A stretch of DNA of 64,000 nt. Source: an uncultured candidatus Porisulfidus sp. Its GTDB lineage: Bacteria > Pseudomonadota > Gammaproteobacteria > Poriferisulfidales > Oxydemutatoraceae. The notes under the pieces were generated by a model that was given only the letters and a program-made list of their open reading frames with translations, had not been told where the DNA came from and searched no databases. The DNA lies in NCBI GenBank assembly GCA_965215125.1, contig OZ244052.1:1184001-1248000 (forward strand), given 5' to 3'. Shown in pieces: positions 30,371 through 41,418 of the stretch (positions are counted from its first letter, which is position 1; the number at the start of each line of letters is the position of its first letter). Position numbers and translations under genes: made by a program.

Positions 30371-31602
30371 AAGAAGTATTGGTCAATCAAATTAAAATAG
30401 GCATAGTCTTTGGCGATGAAGTTCTGGCGGTCGGGCGATTGGTTCTGCACGATGGGCAAATTCATTTTGAATACGACGGCACTTTTCTAGATCGCGGTTT
30501 GGAGATTTCTCCGCTGAAGTGTCCCTTGCATCCCGGTATCCAAACCTTTGATAGTTCTGTGTTTGAGGGCTTGCCCGGGGTATTCAACGATAGTCTATCC
30601 GACGGCTGGGGACGATTATTGTTGGATCGGCAGGCACGCATAAATGGTATTCTGCCAAGCGAACTGACACCCCTGGACCGGCTTGCCTATGTCGGTCATA
30701 TCGGGATGGGTGCTTTGGTATATGAGCCTGCACAGAATAGGCAAGCGATTAAGGGTGAGCTTGATTTGAACCGATTGGCAACCCATACGGCAAACATTTT
30801 AGAGGGTACTGCCGATGAGGTATTACAAGAATTGCTAACCTTAAATAGTTCGTCAGCAGGCGCGCGCCCCAAGGCAATGATTAGTGTTGATGATAGTAAG
30901 CGTATTATCTATGACACACATCCTCTACGCAATGGATTTGAAGCGTGGCTTGTGAAGTTTCCGAGTATCGGCGATGGGCTTGATGCCGGAGCGATTGAGT
31001 ATGTTTATGCTTTAATGGCTGTGGATGCCGGGCTTGAAATGACAAAGACGTATCTTTTCCCTGCACAAAGGGGTGCGGGCTATTTTGCAACCCAACGTTT
31101 TGATAGAGAGAGGCACCGGTGGCTTCATTGCCATAGTGTTTGTGGTCTATTGCATTCAGATTTTAGAACGCCTTCGCTTGATTACGAAGATTTGTTGGCT
31201 CTTACAATGATACTCACACACGATATCAGGGAAGTGGAGAAAATGTTTAGGCTTGCCGTGTTTAATGTTTTGGCGCATAACCGAGACGACCATTCAAAAA
31301 ATTTTAGTTTTTTGATGGATGAAAACGGCGAGTGGCGATTATCGCCGGCGTATGATTTGACATTCTCTTCCGGGCCGAACGGAGAGCAAAGTACTACGGT
31401 GATGGGTGAAGGCAAAAATCCATCCCTAAGCCATTTAATCAAACTAGGGCTGGAGGCAAAATTACCGCAATCCACCATAGACTCAGCGATTGAACAAACC
31501 CGAACTGCACTAGATCGTTGGCGCGGTCTTGCCACCGAACACGGTGTAAAAAAAGCTAACATGGCTCTAATTGAAAAGAGGATTAAAAGCATTGCCGAGT
31601 AA
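30367..31602 (+). CDS. hipA: HipA-family Ser/Thr kinase toxin
   Basis: DSLSDGWG, AGARPK, WLVKF, HNRDDHSKN, LSPAYD. Confidence 0.9.
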   Translation: MKEVLVNQIKIGIVFGDEVLAVGRLVLHDGQIHFEYDGTFLDRGLEISPLKCPLHPGIQTFDSSVFEGLPGVFNDSLSDGWGRLLLDRQARINGILPSELTPLDRLAYVGHIGMGALVYEPAQNRQAIKGELDLNRLATHTANILEGTADEVLQELLTLNSSSAGARPKAMISVDDSKRIIYDTHPLRNGFEAWLVKFPSIGDGLDAGAIEYVYALMAVDAGLEMTKTYLFPAQRGAGYFATQRFDRERHRWLHCHSVCGLLHSDFRTPSLDYEDLLALTMILTHDIREVEKMFRLAVFNVLAHNRDDHSKNFSFLMDENGEWRLSPAYDLTFSSGPNGEQSTTVMGEGKNPSLSHLIKLGLEAKLPQSTIDSAIEQTRTALDRWRGLATEHGVKKANMALIEKRIKSIAE

Positions 31603-31612
31603 TGGGTTGTTA

Positions 31613-31735
31613 ACCACCCCATGGAAAGGCTTTACATTTTGTATATATGCCGAGGTTCTGCACAATGTGACGCCGATTGACCTACCGGCTCAATCGGCGG
31701 CTCTATGCGCCTGCCACCCCTCCACAGGAGGGGAA
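31613..31735 (-). repeat. Composite ~125-bp repeat copy
   Basis: Reverse complement of 19194-19318. Confidence 0.9.
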
Positions 31736-31787
31736 TGTACCGGCACTATACCTTATGCAGACACGCTGCAGGCATCAATCAGCAATA

Positions 31788-32738
31788 CTACTCGGTGGTT
31801 CCGTTCTTTAGCTGTTTAATCTCGTCAACAGATAAACCTGTCAATTTTGAAATCTCAGAAACCTCATAATTCTCTTGCAACATGTTCAAAGCAATTTCGT
31901 GATCTCTTTTTACTTTACCTTCAGCTAACCCTTCTGCCTTGACTTCTTCCATGATCTCTTGCTTTCTCACATGGCGTTCCCACTCTTGTCTTTCTAACAA
32001 TATAGCGTTCCAATACTCTCTATTCTCTTTTGATACTTTCTCTAAATGTTTTAATGCCATCTTCGTCTCTCCGTCTTGCGATAAATGCTTTACTTGCTCG
32101 GCTGTCAATTCCGCCGAGTGCTTGATAATATAGCACCACCTATCCGTCATATCAACCAACTCAAGGTGGTTCTTGTTGAACTTGTTCAATTCTACTATCA
32201 CCAACCCAAAATCCTTAGTCAATTCCTTATGCCGATGCTTACGCAGAGTGATTGTGGTCTCGTTTATATAGTCCTCTTCATCAAACACCGTGAACCGGGT
32301 AAACACCAGTAAGTAGCTCGGATCAATCTGATCAAACTTTTGCCCACGCCTCATACCATAAGAGTGCAACTGCACCCAATAAGCCAACATTCTACTAAAG
32401 AGGTCTTTTTGAGAATAGCCCTGCATCTCTATGTCGATATTCTCACCGCTATGTAACTTGACATGGAGGTCTAGCACAACTTGTTTGCCACCCGGTGTGT
32501 CCGGTGGGATAGAACTATCCTGCAAATGTAGCTTACCACCCGATTGGTTTTGTTGATTTGCGGTTTTGGATACAAGGTTGAATATGCCGGGGTTGAATGT
32601 CATCATATCCGGCGCATTATCGGGGGTCGGCAGGAAGCTCTTAATCAATGAGAACAGTACTTGCTTATTGCTTGAGAAGTATCGCTTAAAGGAAATATCT
32701 TTTGTCAAGTCTAAGTATCCGAGATGTTTTTCATCCAT
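31788..32738 (-). CDS. Rpn/PD-(D/E)XK nuclease family protein (PDDEXK_2-like)
   Basis: DISFKRYF, LDLHVK...IDIEMQ, IVELNKF, C-terminal EG..EG...IALNML...ISKLTGLS; AGGAG SD before ATG 32738. Confidence 0.9.
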   Translation of the reverse strand: MDEKHLGYLDLTKDISFKRYFSSNKQVLFSLIKSFLPTPDNAPDMMTFNPGIFNLVSKTANQQNQSGGKLHLQDSSIPPDTPGGKQVVLDLHVKLHSGENIDIEMQGYSQKDLFSRMLAYWVQLHSYGMRRGQKFDQIDPSYLLVFTRFTVFDEEDYINETTITLRKHRHKELTKDFGLVIVELNKFNKNHLELVDMTDRWCYIIKHSAELTAEQVKHLSQDGETKMALKHLEKVSKENREYWNAILLERQEWERHVRKQEIMEEVKAEGLAEGKVKRDHEIALNMLQENYEVSEISKLTGLSVDEIKQLKNGTTE

Positions 32739-32849
32739 AGTAAATCTCCTATAAATTGGGTGTAAAACATCTACCCTAAACTCGGTATTGAGTAGGGTGG
32801 GAAAAAAGTAGATGAACGGTAGTAAATACATGTTGAACGGTATATTAGA

Positions 32850-32888
32850 GGGTGGATATTCCCTTGCGAAGGAGGGGAATATCCACCC
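32850..32888. repeat. 14-bp-stem hairpin upstream of rpn
   Basis: gggtggatattccc...gggaatatccaccc; inner part resembles the CCCCTCC/GGAGGGG repeat core. Confidence 0.7.
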
Positions 32889-32904
32889 TAAAGGTGCCTT
32901 AAGA

Positions 32905-32922
32905 ATACTTTTTCAACAGCCC
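32905..32922. mobile_element. Orphan IS/MITE terminal repeat
   Basis: atactttttcaacagccc matches the MITE right end at 36096-36114 with one mismatch. Confidence 0.6.
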
Positions 32923-33074
32923 CATGTCACCCCCTTGATGCCGATATTGCTATATACTAATTATGATATTTATATTTAGCCTTATAAATTGAAATATGTA
33001 GAGGAACTAGACTCTAATTACTGTATTATGGTATTACAAAATGCTTGCTCAATGTATGAAAAAAGGAGTTGATT

Positions 33075-33284
33075 GTGGCTACTAAATTAGGCAAAAGAAA
33101 TTATAAAGAAATAATTGAGAACTTTATTTGGCCTAAGGGAACTTACGGCGAGAGACCCCCTAACCCAAGTATTATCATTCGGGAAAATATGGACAAGATA
33201 AGGGAAGTACAGGAAGTAGTTAAATTAAAGATGTCTCGGAAAAACAACTCATCGAAACATAAGATAAAAGATAATCCCGCTTAA
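33075..33284 (+). CDS. Small basic hypothetical protein (69 aa)
   Basis: AAGGAG SD 6 nt before GTG; AT-rich; no recognised motif. Confidence 0.4.
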   Translation: MATKLGKRNYKEIIENFIWPKGTYGERPPNPSIIIRENMDKIREVQEVVKLKMSRKNNSSKHKIKDNPA

Positions 33285-33293
33285 ACGAAATTT

Positions 33294-33416
33294 GACGCAG
33301 CGATTGAACAAACCCGAACTGCACTAGATCGTTGGCGCGGTCTTGCCACCGAACACGGTGTAGGGAAAGCTAATATGGCTCTAATTGAAAAGAGGATTAA
33401 AAGCATTGCCGAGTAA
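33294..33416 (+). pseudogene. Duplicated 3' fragment of hipA
   Basis: Near-identical to 31480-31602 including the stop codon. Confidence 0.85.
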
Positions 33417-33426
33417 TGGGTTGTTA

Positions 33427-33550
33427 ACCACCCCATGGAAAGGCTTTACATTTTGTATATATGCCGAGGTTCTGCACAATGTGACGCCGATTGACCTACT
33501 GGCTCAATCGGCGGTTCTATTGCGCCTGCCACCCCTCCGAAGGAGGGAAA
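33427..33550 (-). repeat. Composite ~125-bp repeat copy
   Basis: Near-identical to 31613-31735. Confidence 0.9.
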
Positions 33551-33620
33551 TGTACCGGCACTGTATTTGTTCAGATAAGCTACGCCCCTCCACAGGAGTC
33601 GAATTACCCTTCCCTACAAT

Positions 33621-34178
33621 TCAAGGCTCGCAGGTTGAGCCGTTATCTATATATATTTTTGAGTCGGTTTGCGGTTGTAGAACTCTTATGGTTTGGTTGA
33701 TATCTAAGTTGTCTGCAATCTTCGTATAAGGGTGTTGTTTTTGTAATTGAAGGACGAAGTCCGTGTCGTTTATCACTTGGGGATGTGGCGGTATTTGTTC
33801 GTATTGCTCGGTATAGCCGTAATAAACACGGCTAATTGCGTATTCTATACGGGCGAGCGTTGCGAGCAATGCCCAGTCGGCTTCCTTCGCTTTAACGCTT
33901 TGTGTCTGAGCAGCGAGTAGTTTCGGGAAATCTTCTCCGTAGATATTCAGATCCCAGTGTATCGGCGGATAGTGTTGCACATAAACGAGGGCTAATGCGG
34001 AAAATATATTTGCGTCTAGGTAATGCTGCACGGCCAGATAGATATTTTGAAGGGCGCGACGATGTGCGCCGCGGTAATTATTGCTATAGACGGCAACTTT
34101 TTTATTATCGTTGAGAACGGCATTGCAGAAATTCCGCAGGGATTCGGCATAGCCTATCGGTTGACGGGCTTTACTCAA
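33621..34178 (-). CDS. DUF2063-like partner protein (BufC/RRE-like)
   Basis: VYSNNY...AL...Y, YGEDFP, LARIEYA; follows DUF692. Confidence 0.75.
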   Translation of the reverse strand: MSKARQPIGYAESLRNFCNAVLNDNKKVAVYSNNYRGAHRRALQNIYLAVQHYLDANIFSALALVYVQHYPPIHWDLNIYGEDFPKLLAAQTQSVKAKEADWALLATLARIEYAISRVYYGYTEQYEQIPPHPQVINDTDFVLQLQKQHPYTKIADNLDINQTIRVLQPQTDSKIYIDNGSTCEP

Positions 34179-35017
34179 TTGAGCGAGGCAACGGGTTGAG
34201 TTTCATTTTGGTCGATAATCTGCTGAGCGATTAAGCGTTGTTCCATCAATACTGCGAAGGACGGTAAATTACTATCCCATTCAATCAAGCAAGGGATATC
34301 ATGGTGATGGGTACAAAATTGTCTATAACATTCCCAGACATCGTCGGACACCATCGCACTATGCGTATCAACCAGTATATCTTCGTATTCGCTGTAGCCC
34401 GCCAGATGAATTTCCTTTACTTTTGCTATCGGTAGTTGGGCTATGAAGTCATCCAAGTTTTCATTCAGGTTGCGTTGATTGACATAGGCATTATTCAAAT
34501 CAAGTAGCAAACCACATTCTGCTTCGGTACAAACCGCCGCCAAGAACTCGCCCTCGCTCAATGCGCTTTCCTCGTAGCTAAAATAACGGGAGACATTTTC
34601 TATAAGGATTTCTCGTTCGAGTATATCCTGCACCGTCATAATGCGTTGGGTCATGTTCGCAACCGCTTCCGATGTATAAGGTATGGGCATCAGGTCGTGG
34701 AAATAATGATCGTGATGTGTCGTAAAGCAGGCATGCTCGGAGATTAGCGCAGGCTCGTATAGATCGACGGCTTGTTTGAGTTTGCGCAGATAATCGTAGT
34801 CCAGCGGGTCGTTGCCGCCGAGATTTAGGTTGACACCGTGAAAACTGAGCGGATAGTCTTGGCGTATTCGGTAGAGTTGGGTGTGATTGAGGCCTCGGTT
34901 CAAGAAATTACAGATATGTACTTCAAACCACGGCACGGCAGGATTTTCCCGCATCACTTCAGTCAAATGCAACGGTCGCAGACCTAAGCCCACGCCGTTG
35001 CATTGTTGTTTGACCAA
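34175..35017 (-). CDS. DUF692 multinuclear non-heme iron oxidase (MNIO, BufB-like)
   Basis: GVGLGLRP, SFHGV, ISEH, IENVS, LLDLNN, EIHLAG, DTH, IEWD; probable TTG start at 35017. Confidence 0.9.
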   Translation of the reverse strand: MVKQQCNGVGLGLRPLHLTEVMRENPAVPWFEVHICNFLNRGLNHTQLYRIRQDYPLSFHGVNLNLGGNDPLDYDYLRKLKQAVDLYEPALISEHACFTTHHDHYFHDLMPIPYTSEAVANMTQRIMTVQDILEREILIENVSRYFSYEESALSEGEFLAAVCTEAECGLLLDLNNAYVNQRNLNENLDDFIAQLPIAKVKEIHLAGYSEYEDILVDTHSAMVSDDVWECYRQFCTHHHDIPCLIEWDSNLPSFAVLMEQRLIAQQIIDQNETQPVASLN

Positions 35018-35033
35018 AGTGTCGTTTGGTTGT

Positions 35034-35306
35034 TTACTTGGCAGGTTTGGTTGCTGCAACTTGTCCGCCGGTGAGCTTCTCACAGGTGCCGGCAGGCACA
35101 TAAATCCATTCGATGTCAAGATTATCTGCCTTTGCATATCCGCCACAGTTGTGCGAACCGTCTAATGCACCGCAATCATTCATCCCCGCTTTGGAGACAC
35201 CGGCGCATTTTTCCCATTCTTTGGGGGCATCCGGAACTGCTTGAGCGGTGGTTGCTAGTGCGCTCATACCGACTAAAGTCGCAATAAATAAATGTTTTTT
35301 GTTCAT
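35034..35306 (-). CDS. DUF2282 bufferin-type precursor peptide (signal peptide + 4 Cys)
   Basis: EKCAGVSKAGMNDC...HNCGG...WIYVPAGTCEKL; GGAG SD before ATG 35306. Confidence 0.88.
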   Translation of the reverse strand: MNKKHLFIATLVGMSALATTAQAVPDAPKEWEKCAGVSKAGMNDCGALDGSHNCGGYAKADNLDIEWIYVPAGTCEKLTGGQVAATKPAK

Positions 35307-35411
35307 ATCGTATACTCCATGTTGTTGATTAATACTACAGCGAGATGCTGTTATATTGATTATACTACTAAAACTGATAGTCAAAGGTAACTTATACACA
35401 AAGGAGAGATT

Positions 35412-35822
35412 ATGGATACCGATATTGAACATCGTCTACTAACTATGGAACGGCATTTGCGCAATATGCGTATGGCGGTTATCGTCGTCGTTGCTTTTTT
35501 CCTGTACGAGTCGTTGATGCCTGCCGAACTACGCCCCGGCAACCGAGATATACAGGATGTCGTCAAAACCCGAGAACTCGTTCTGATTGATTCGCGTGGC
35601 GAAGCGATAGCTCGCCTATCCGTACCCGAAGACGAACAACTACAAAAAGAACGCGCACAACTCGTGCTGAGCGATTCTTTAGGAAATCGGACAACTCTTG
35701 ATTCCGATGCGATTAAATTGTTCGTACGAGAGGATGTAGATATGATAGAACAGCTGAGTATTACGCCGCGTGAGCTTGTAATCTATAACAAAGACGGCAC
35801 TCGGGCAAACAGCTTGAATTGA
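35412..35822 (+). CDS. Hypothetical single-pass membrane protein
   Basis: AAGGAG SD, short coiled N-terminus, one TM segment, beta-rich C-terminus. Confidence 0.7.
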   Translation: MDTDIEHRLLTMERHLRNMRMAVIVVVAFFLYESLMPAELRPGNRDIQDVVKTRELVLIDSRGEAIARLSVPEDEQLQKERAQLVLSDSLGNRTTLDSDAIKLFVREDVDMIEQLSITPRELVIYNKDGTRANSLN

Positions 35823-35861
35823 GCAACCGCATGTACGGGCGGTAATGTTTCAAAAGTGGTA

Positions 35862-35932
35862 TTTCCCTCCTTCGGAGGGGTGGCAGGCTTAGCCTGACGG
35901 GGTGGTTTATTCCCCTCCTGTGGAGGGGTGGT
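35862..35932 (+). repeat. Two short ('empty') CCCTCC/GGAGGGG repeat units
   Basis: ccctccttcggaggggtggcaggcttagcctgacggggtggt, then ttcccctcctgtggaggggtggt. Confidence 0.85.
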
Positions 35933-35941
35933 CGTGGAAGT

Positions 35942-36114
35942 GGGATTGTTGAAAAAGTATCGTCAGCGTGCAACCGTAACCGCTTGCGCCGTGAATTTAT
36001 AATAACCACCAAGCCGTGGGGGCAGGATAAAGCCGCCGATTGAGCCTGTAGGTCAATCGGCAGTTTAATGAAGTCCGCCCCTACAACTTTATGAAATACT
36101 TTTTCAACAGTCCC
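35942..36114. mobile_element. 173-bp MITE with 19-bp TIRs and 6-bp TSD
   Basis: gggattgttgaaaaagtat ... atactttttcaacagtccc (1 mismatch); GGAAGT at 35936-41 and 36115-20. Confidence 0.88.
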
Positions 36115-36171
36115 GGAAGTATCTGCACGAGTTAATTCTCTTCCTATGGCGAGGAATGGTTTGCCTCATGA

Positions 36172-38447
<2,276 letters not shown>

Positions 38448-38458
<11 letters not shown>

Positions 38459-39170
38459 GCTTGATACACAATATCCACGCTTCCCCGATATTTCTTTTGC
38501 GGATGCCGACGGATTGCTTGCCATCGGCGGCAACCTTGAAGTGGAAACCTTATATACTGCTTACCGACGCGGCATCTTCCCTTGGTACGAAGCAGGGCAA
38601 CCTTTGCTATGGTGGTCGCCGCATCCGAGAATGGTTTTATTGACGAACGGGTTGCGCGTAAGCCGTAGTTTAAACAAAGACATCAAATCGAAATTTTCCG
38701 ATATTAGATTAGACCATGACTTTAGGGCGGTTATTGAGCATTGTGCGGCACCGAGGAGTCGGCGCATGGCAACTTGGATTACCGATGAGATGAGAGATGC
38801 TTATCTAAAATTGCACCGCGCCGGTTATGCACATTCGGTGGAAGTCTATGACCAAGAGGACCTAGTCGGTGGTCTGTACGGTGTAGGCATCGGGCGTATG
38901 TTTTTCGGCGAGTCGATGTTTTCCAAGACGAGCAATGCCTCAAAGGTTGCATTGTTTTATCTTTGTAAATATCTCTATGCGCACCGGCTGATGTTGATAG
39001 ATTGTCAAGTGGAATCGGCGCATTTGCAAACCCTCGGCGCGTTTAATATCAGCCGGGCGCAATTTATTGAATATGTCTCTAAGTTTTGTGGTCGGCAAAC
39101 ACCCCCTGAACTATGGCAACCGCAACGCTTCGCTTCCTTTTGTCTTGCGCAACGGAAGCAAGCAGAATAA
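38448..39170 (+). CDS. aat: Leucyl/phenylalanyl-tRNA-protein transferase
   Basis: GIFPW, WWSP, TWIT, FFGESMF, IDCQ. Confidence 0.95.
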
Positions 39171-40268
39171 TGCGATTAAAGTGACCAAAGCGGTGTAAAT
39201 AAATAATTGTCGGCTTGGTATTTGTTCCCATAATTGGCTTGCCAGATAGGTGCCGAGTCCTCCGCCTACACCGAAACTCAGCGAAGAGTATAAAGCCTGT
39301 CCGCGACCCTCTAAACCGTTGGGCAACAACCTTGAGATCGCATGAATCAAAACCGCGTGATAGACCCCGAATGTTATAGCATGCAGGCTTTGGGCGAATA
39401 ACACCACGACGAACCGGTCTTGATAATAAGCGAGCAACACCCACCGCAATGCGGTTGCTGCAATCACAATCAGTAACAAGCGATTGACGCTATACCTACG
39501 AAGCAAAGCACTGCAATAAAGGAATACCAGAACTTCGGCAATAACGCCGATTGCCCAAAACCACCCTATGGTATAGGTTGTATAACCTTGTTCCTGCATA
39601 TAAATAGTGAAATAAGCGTAGTAAGGTCCGTGGACGAACTGTATTAAGAAACATATTATGAATAACGCGATTACGGGCGCGTTGAAAGCATGCACGATGC
39701 TCGGTATGCGAGTGATCGGAAGCGACGATCTGGGTTCCGATAAAGTTTGAGTTGTAAGCCATAGAAAAAACAACAACGATAAAATCAACCACGGAATGGC
39801 ATCGGCACCGCGTACGGAAATCAACCATGCTCCGACCACATTCATCGCAATAAAGCCGACCGATCCCCAAAGCCGAATCAAACTATAGCGATGCGCATGG
39901 TATTTTAGGTTGCTCAAAGTTAGCACTTCCACTTGGGGCAAGGAAGCATTCCAAAAGAAACTGAATACGAACAAAATGATTGCAATCGTCTGGTAATCTT
40001 TTGCATAAAATATCGGGATAAAAACCAAAAAAGCGATAAAATCGCTCCAGCGTATCAGTATCAATCGTCGTTGCAGACGATCCGCAAGCCATCCCCATAT
40101 ATACGGTGCGAAGATTTTAGTCAGCAATGCGATAGCCATCAACTCCCCGATTTCTCGCAGCGCAAACCCTTGCGCCTCTAGGTAGATAGGCCAATACGGT
40201 AAATACGCACCGAGCGTCGCGAAATAGAAAAAATAAAAGGCTGAGAACCAAACAAAGCGATGCCGCAT
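39111..40268 (-). CDS. MFS transporter (HcaT/MFS_1-like)
   Basis: About 12 TM segments, IRLWGSVGF, GVIAEV, QSLHAITFG. Confidence 0.85.
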   Translation of the reverse strand: MRHRFVWFSAFYFFYFATLGAYLPYWPIYLEAQGFALREIGELMAIALLTKIFAPYIWGWLADRLQRRLILIRWSDFIAFLVFIPIFYAKDYQTIAIILFVFSFFWNASLPQVEVLTLSNLKYHAHRYSLIRLWGSVGFIAMNVVGAWLISVRGADAIPWLILSLLFFLWLTTQTLSEPRSSLPITRIPSIVHAFNAPVIALFIICFLIQFVHGPYYAYFTIYMQEQGYTTYTIGWFWAIGVIAEVLVFLYCSALLRRYSVNRLLLIVIAATALRWVLLAYYQDRFVVVLFAQSLHAITFGVYHAVLIHAISRLLPNGLEGRGQALYSSLSFGVGGGLGTYLASQLWEQIPSRQLFIYTALVTLIALFCLLPLRKTKGSEALRLP

Positions 40269-40272
40269 CGCT

Positions 40273-41343
40273 TTAGTCGCTTAGGTCGAAATTTTGTCCT
40301 CGGTGGCGCAAACAGTGATCCATCAGCACGATTGCCAACATCGCTTCGGCTATCGGTACTGCGCGAATACCCACGCACGGGTCGTGCCGTCCGGTCGTGA
40401 TAATCTCGCTTGCATTGCCGTCTTTGTCTATCGTGTTGCCGGCGATGCGGATACTTGAAGTCGGCTTGAAGGCAACATCCACCGCGATATCTTGACCGCT
40501 CGATATACCGCCCAAAACACCGCCGGCGTTATTCCCGACAAAGCCTTGAGGTGTTAGCTCGTCGCGATGCTCGCTACCGGTTTGTTGCACGCAATTAAAA
40601 CCGGCACCGATTGAAACACCCTTGACTGCGTTGATGCTCATCATCGCATACGCAATGTCGGCATCCAACCTGTCAAAGACCGGCTCGCCCCAACCGGCAA
40701 CCATATTGCTCGCCGTGATATGAAGCTGCGCTCCTACCGAGTTGCCTTCACGGCGCAGACGCTCTATATATTCCTCTATATCTTTGATGCGCTTGGGGTC
40801 GGGACTAAAGAAGCAGTTGTTGTTGATTTCATTCAAATGTACAGGTTCTATGTTTAAGGCGCCTATTTTTGCCAGCCAACCACGGATCGTAATGCCGTAG
40901 CGTTCGTACAGGTATTTTTTGGCAATTGCACCTGCAGCAACGCGCATCGCAGTCTCGCGTGCCGAAGAGCGACCGCCTCCGCGATAATCCCTGAAACCGT
41001 ATTTCTTTTGATAGGTATAATCGGCATGGCCGGGGCGAAACTTATTCTTGATCTGTTCGTAATCTCGCGAGCGTTGGTCCACATTTTCTATCAGTAATCC
41101 AATCGGGGTACCGGTTGTTTTGCCTTCAAATACACCCGACAAAATACGCACTTGGTCGGTTTCTCGTCGCTGACTGGTATAACGGCTTTGCCCCGGTCGT
41201 CTACGATCCAGATCGGTTTGTATATCCTGTTCGGTCAATTCCAGCTGCGGTGGACAACCGTCAACAATTGCACCGATTGCGGGCCCGTGACTTTCCCCGA
41301 ATGTGGTGACCGTAAAAATCTTTCCTATCGTATTACCTGCCAT
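40273..41343 (-). CDS. aroC: Chorismate synthase
   Basis: MAGNTIG, GESHG, RPGHAD, RSSARET, GRHDPC. Confidence 0.97.
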   Translation of the reverse strand: MAGNTIGKIFTVTTFGESHGPAIGAIVDGCPPQLELTEQDIQTDLDRRRPGQSRYTSQRRETDQVRILSGVFEGKTTGTPIGLLIENVDQRSRDYEQIKNKFRPGHADYTYQKKYGFRDYRGGGRSSARETAMRVAAGAIAKKYLYERYGITIRGWLAKIGALNIEPVHLNEINNNCFFSPDPKRIKDIEEYIERLRREGNSVGAQLHITASNMVAGWGEPVFDRLDADIAYAMMSINAVKGVSIGAGFNCVQQTGSEHRDELTPQGFVGNNAGGVLGGISSGQDIAVDVAFKPTSSIRIAGNTIDKDGNASEIITTGRHDPCVGIRAVPIAEAMLAIVLMDHCLRHRGQNFDLSD

Positions 41344-41418
41344 TTCGCTATTGTAGCTGTTTGTGGGATTTAATTGCCGAACTTCACAAAATATATTCCC
41401 CAACCACTTTGAAAAAAT

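Larger units (their letters stand above)
31480..33562. mobile_element. Rpn cassette bounded by ~268-bp direct repeats (hipA 3' end + composite repeat)
   Basis: 31480-31747 vs 33294-33562, about 11 differences by eye. Confidence 0.75.

Noticed and set aside
31571-33729. Paired ORFs MKRGLKALPSNG... (31571-31819, 33385-33729)
   Set aside because: Translations of the duplicated hipA tail and palindromic repeat in another frame
35018-35146. N-terminal extension of the DUF692 ORF overlapping the precursor
   Set aside because: Recognisable DUF692 sequence starts at GVGLGLR; a TTG at 35017 after the precursor stop is more plausible
12881-36084. 27-bp palindromes as CRISPR repeats or attC sites
   Set aside because: Dispersed over kilobases with no regular spacers, no cas genes and no integron integrase
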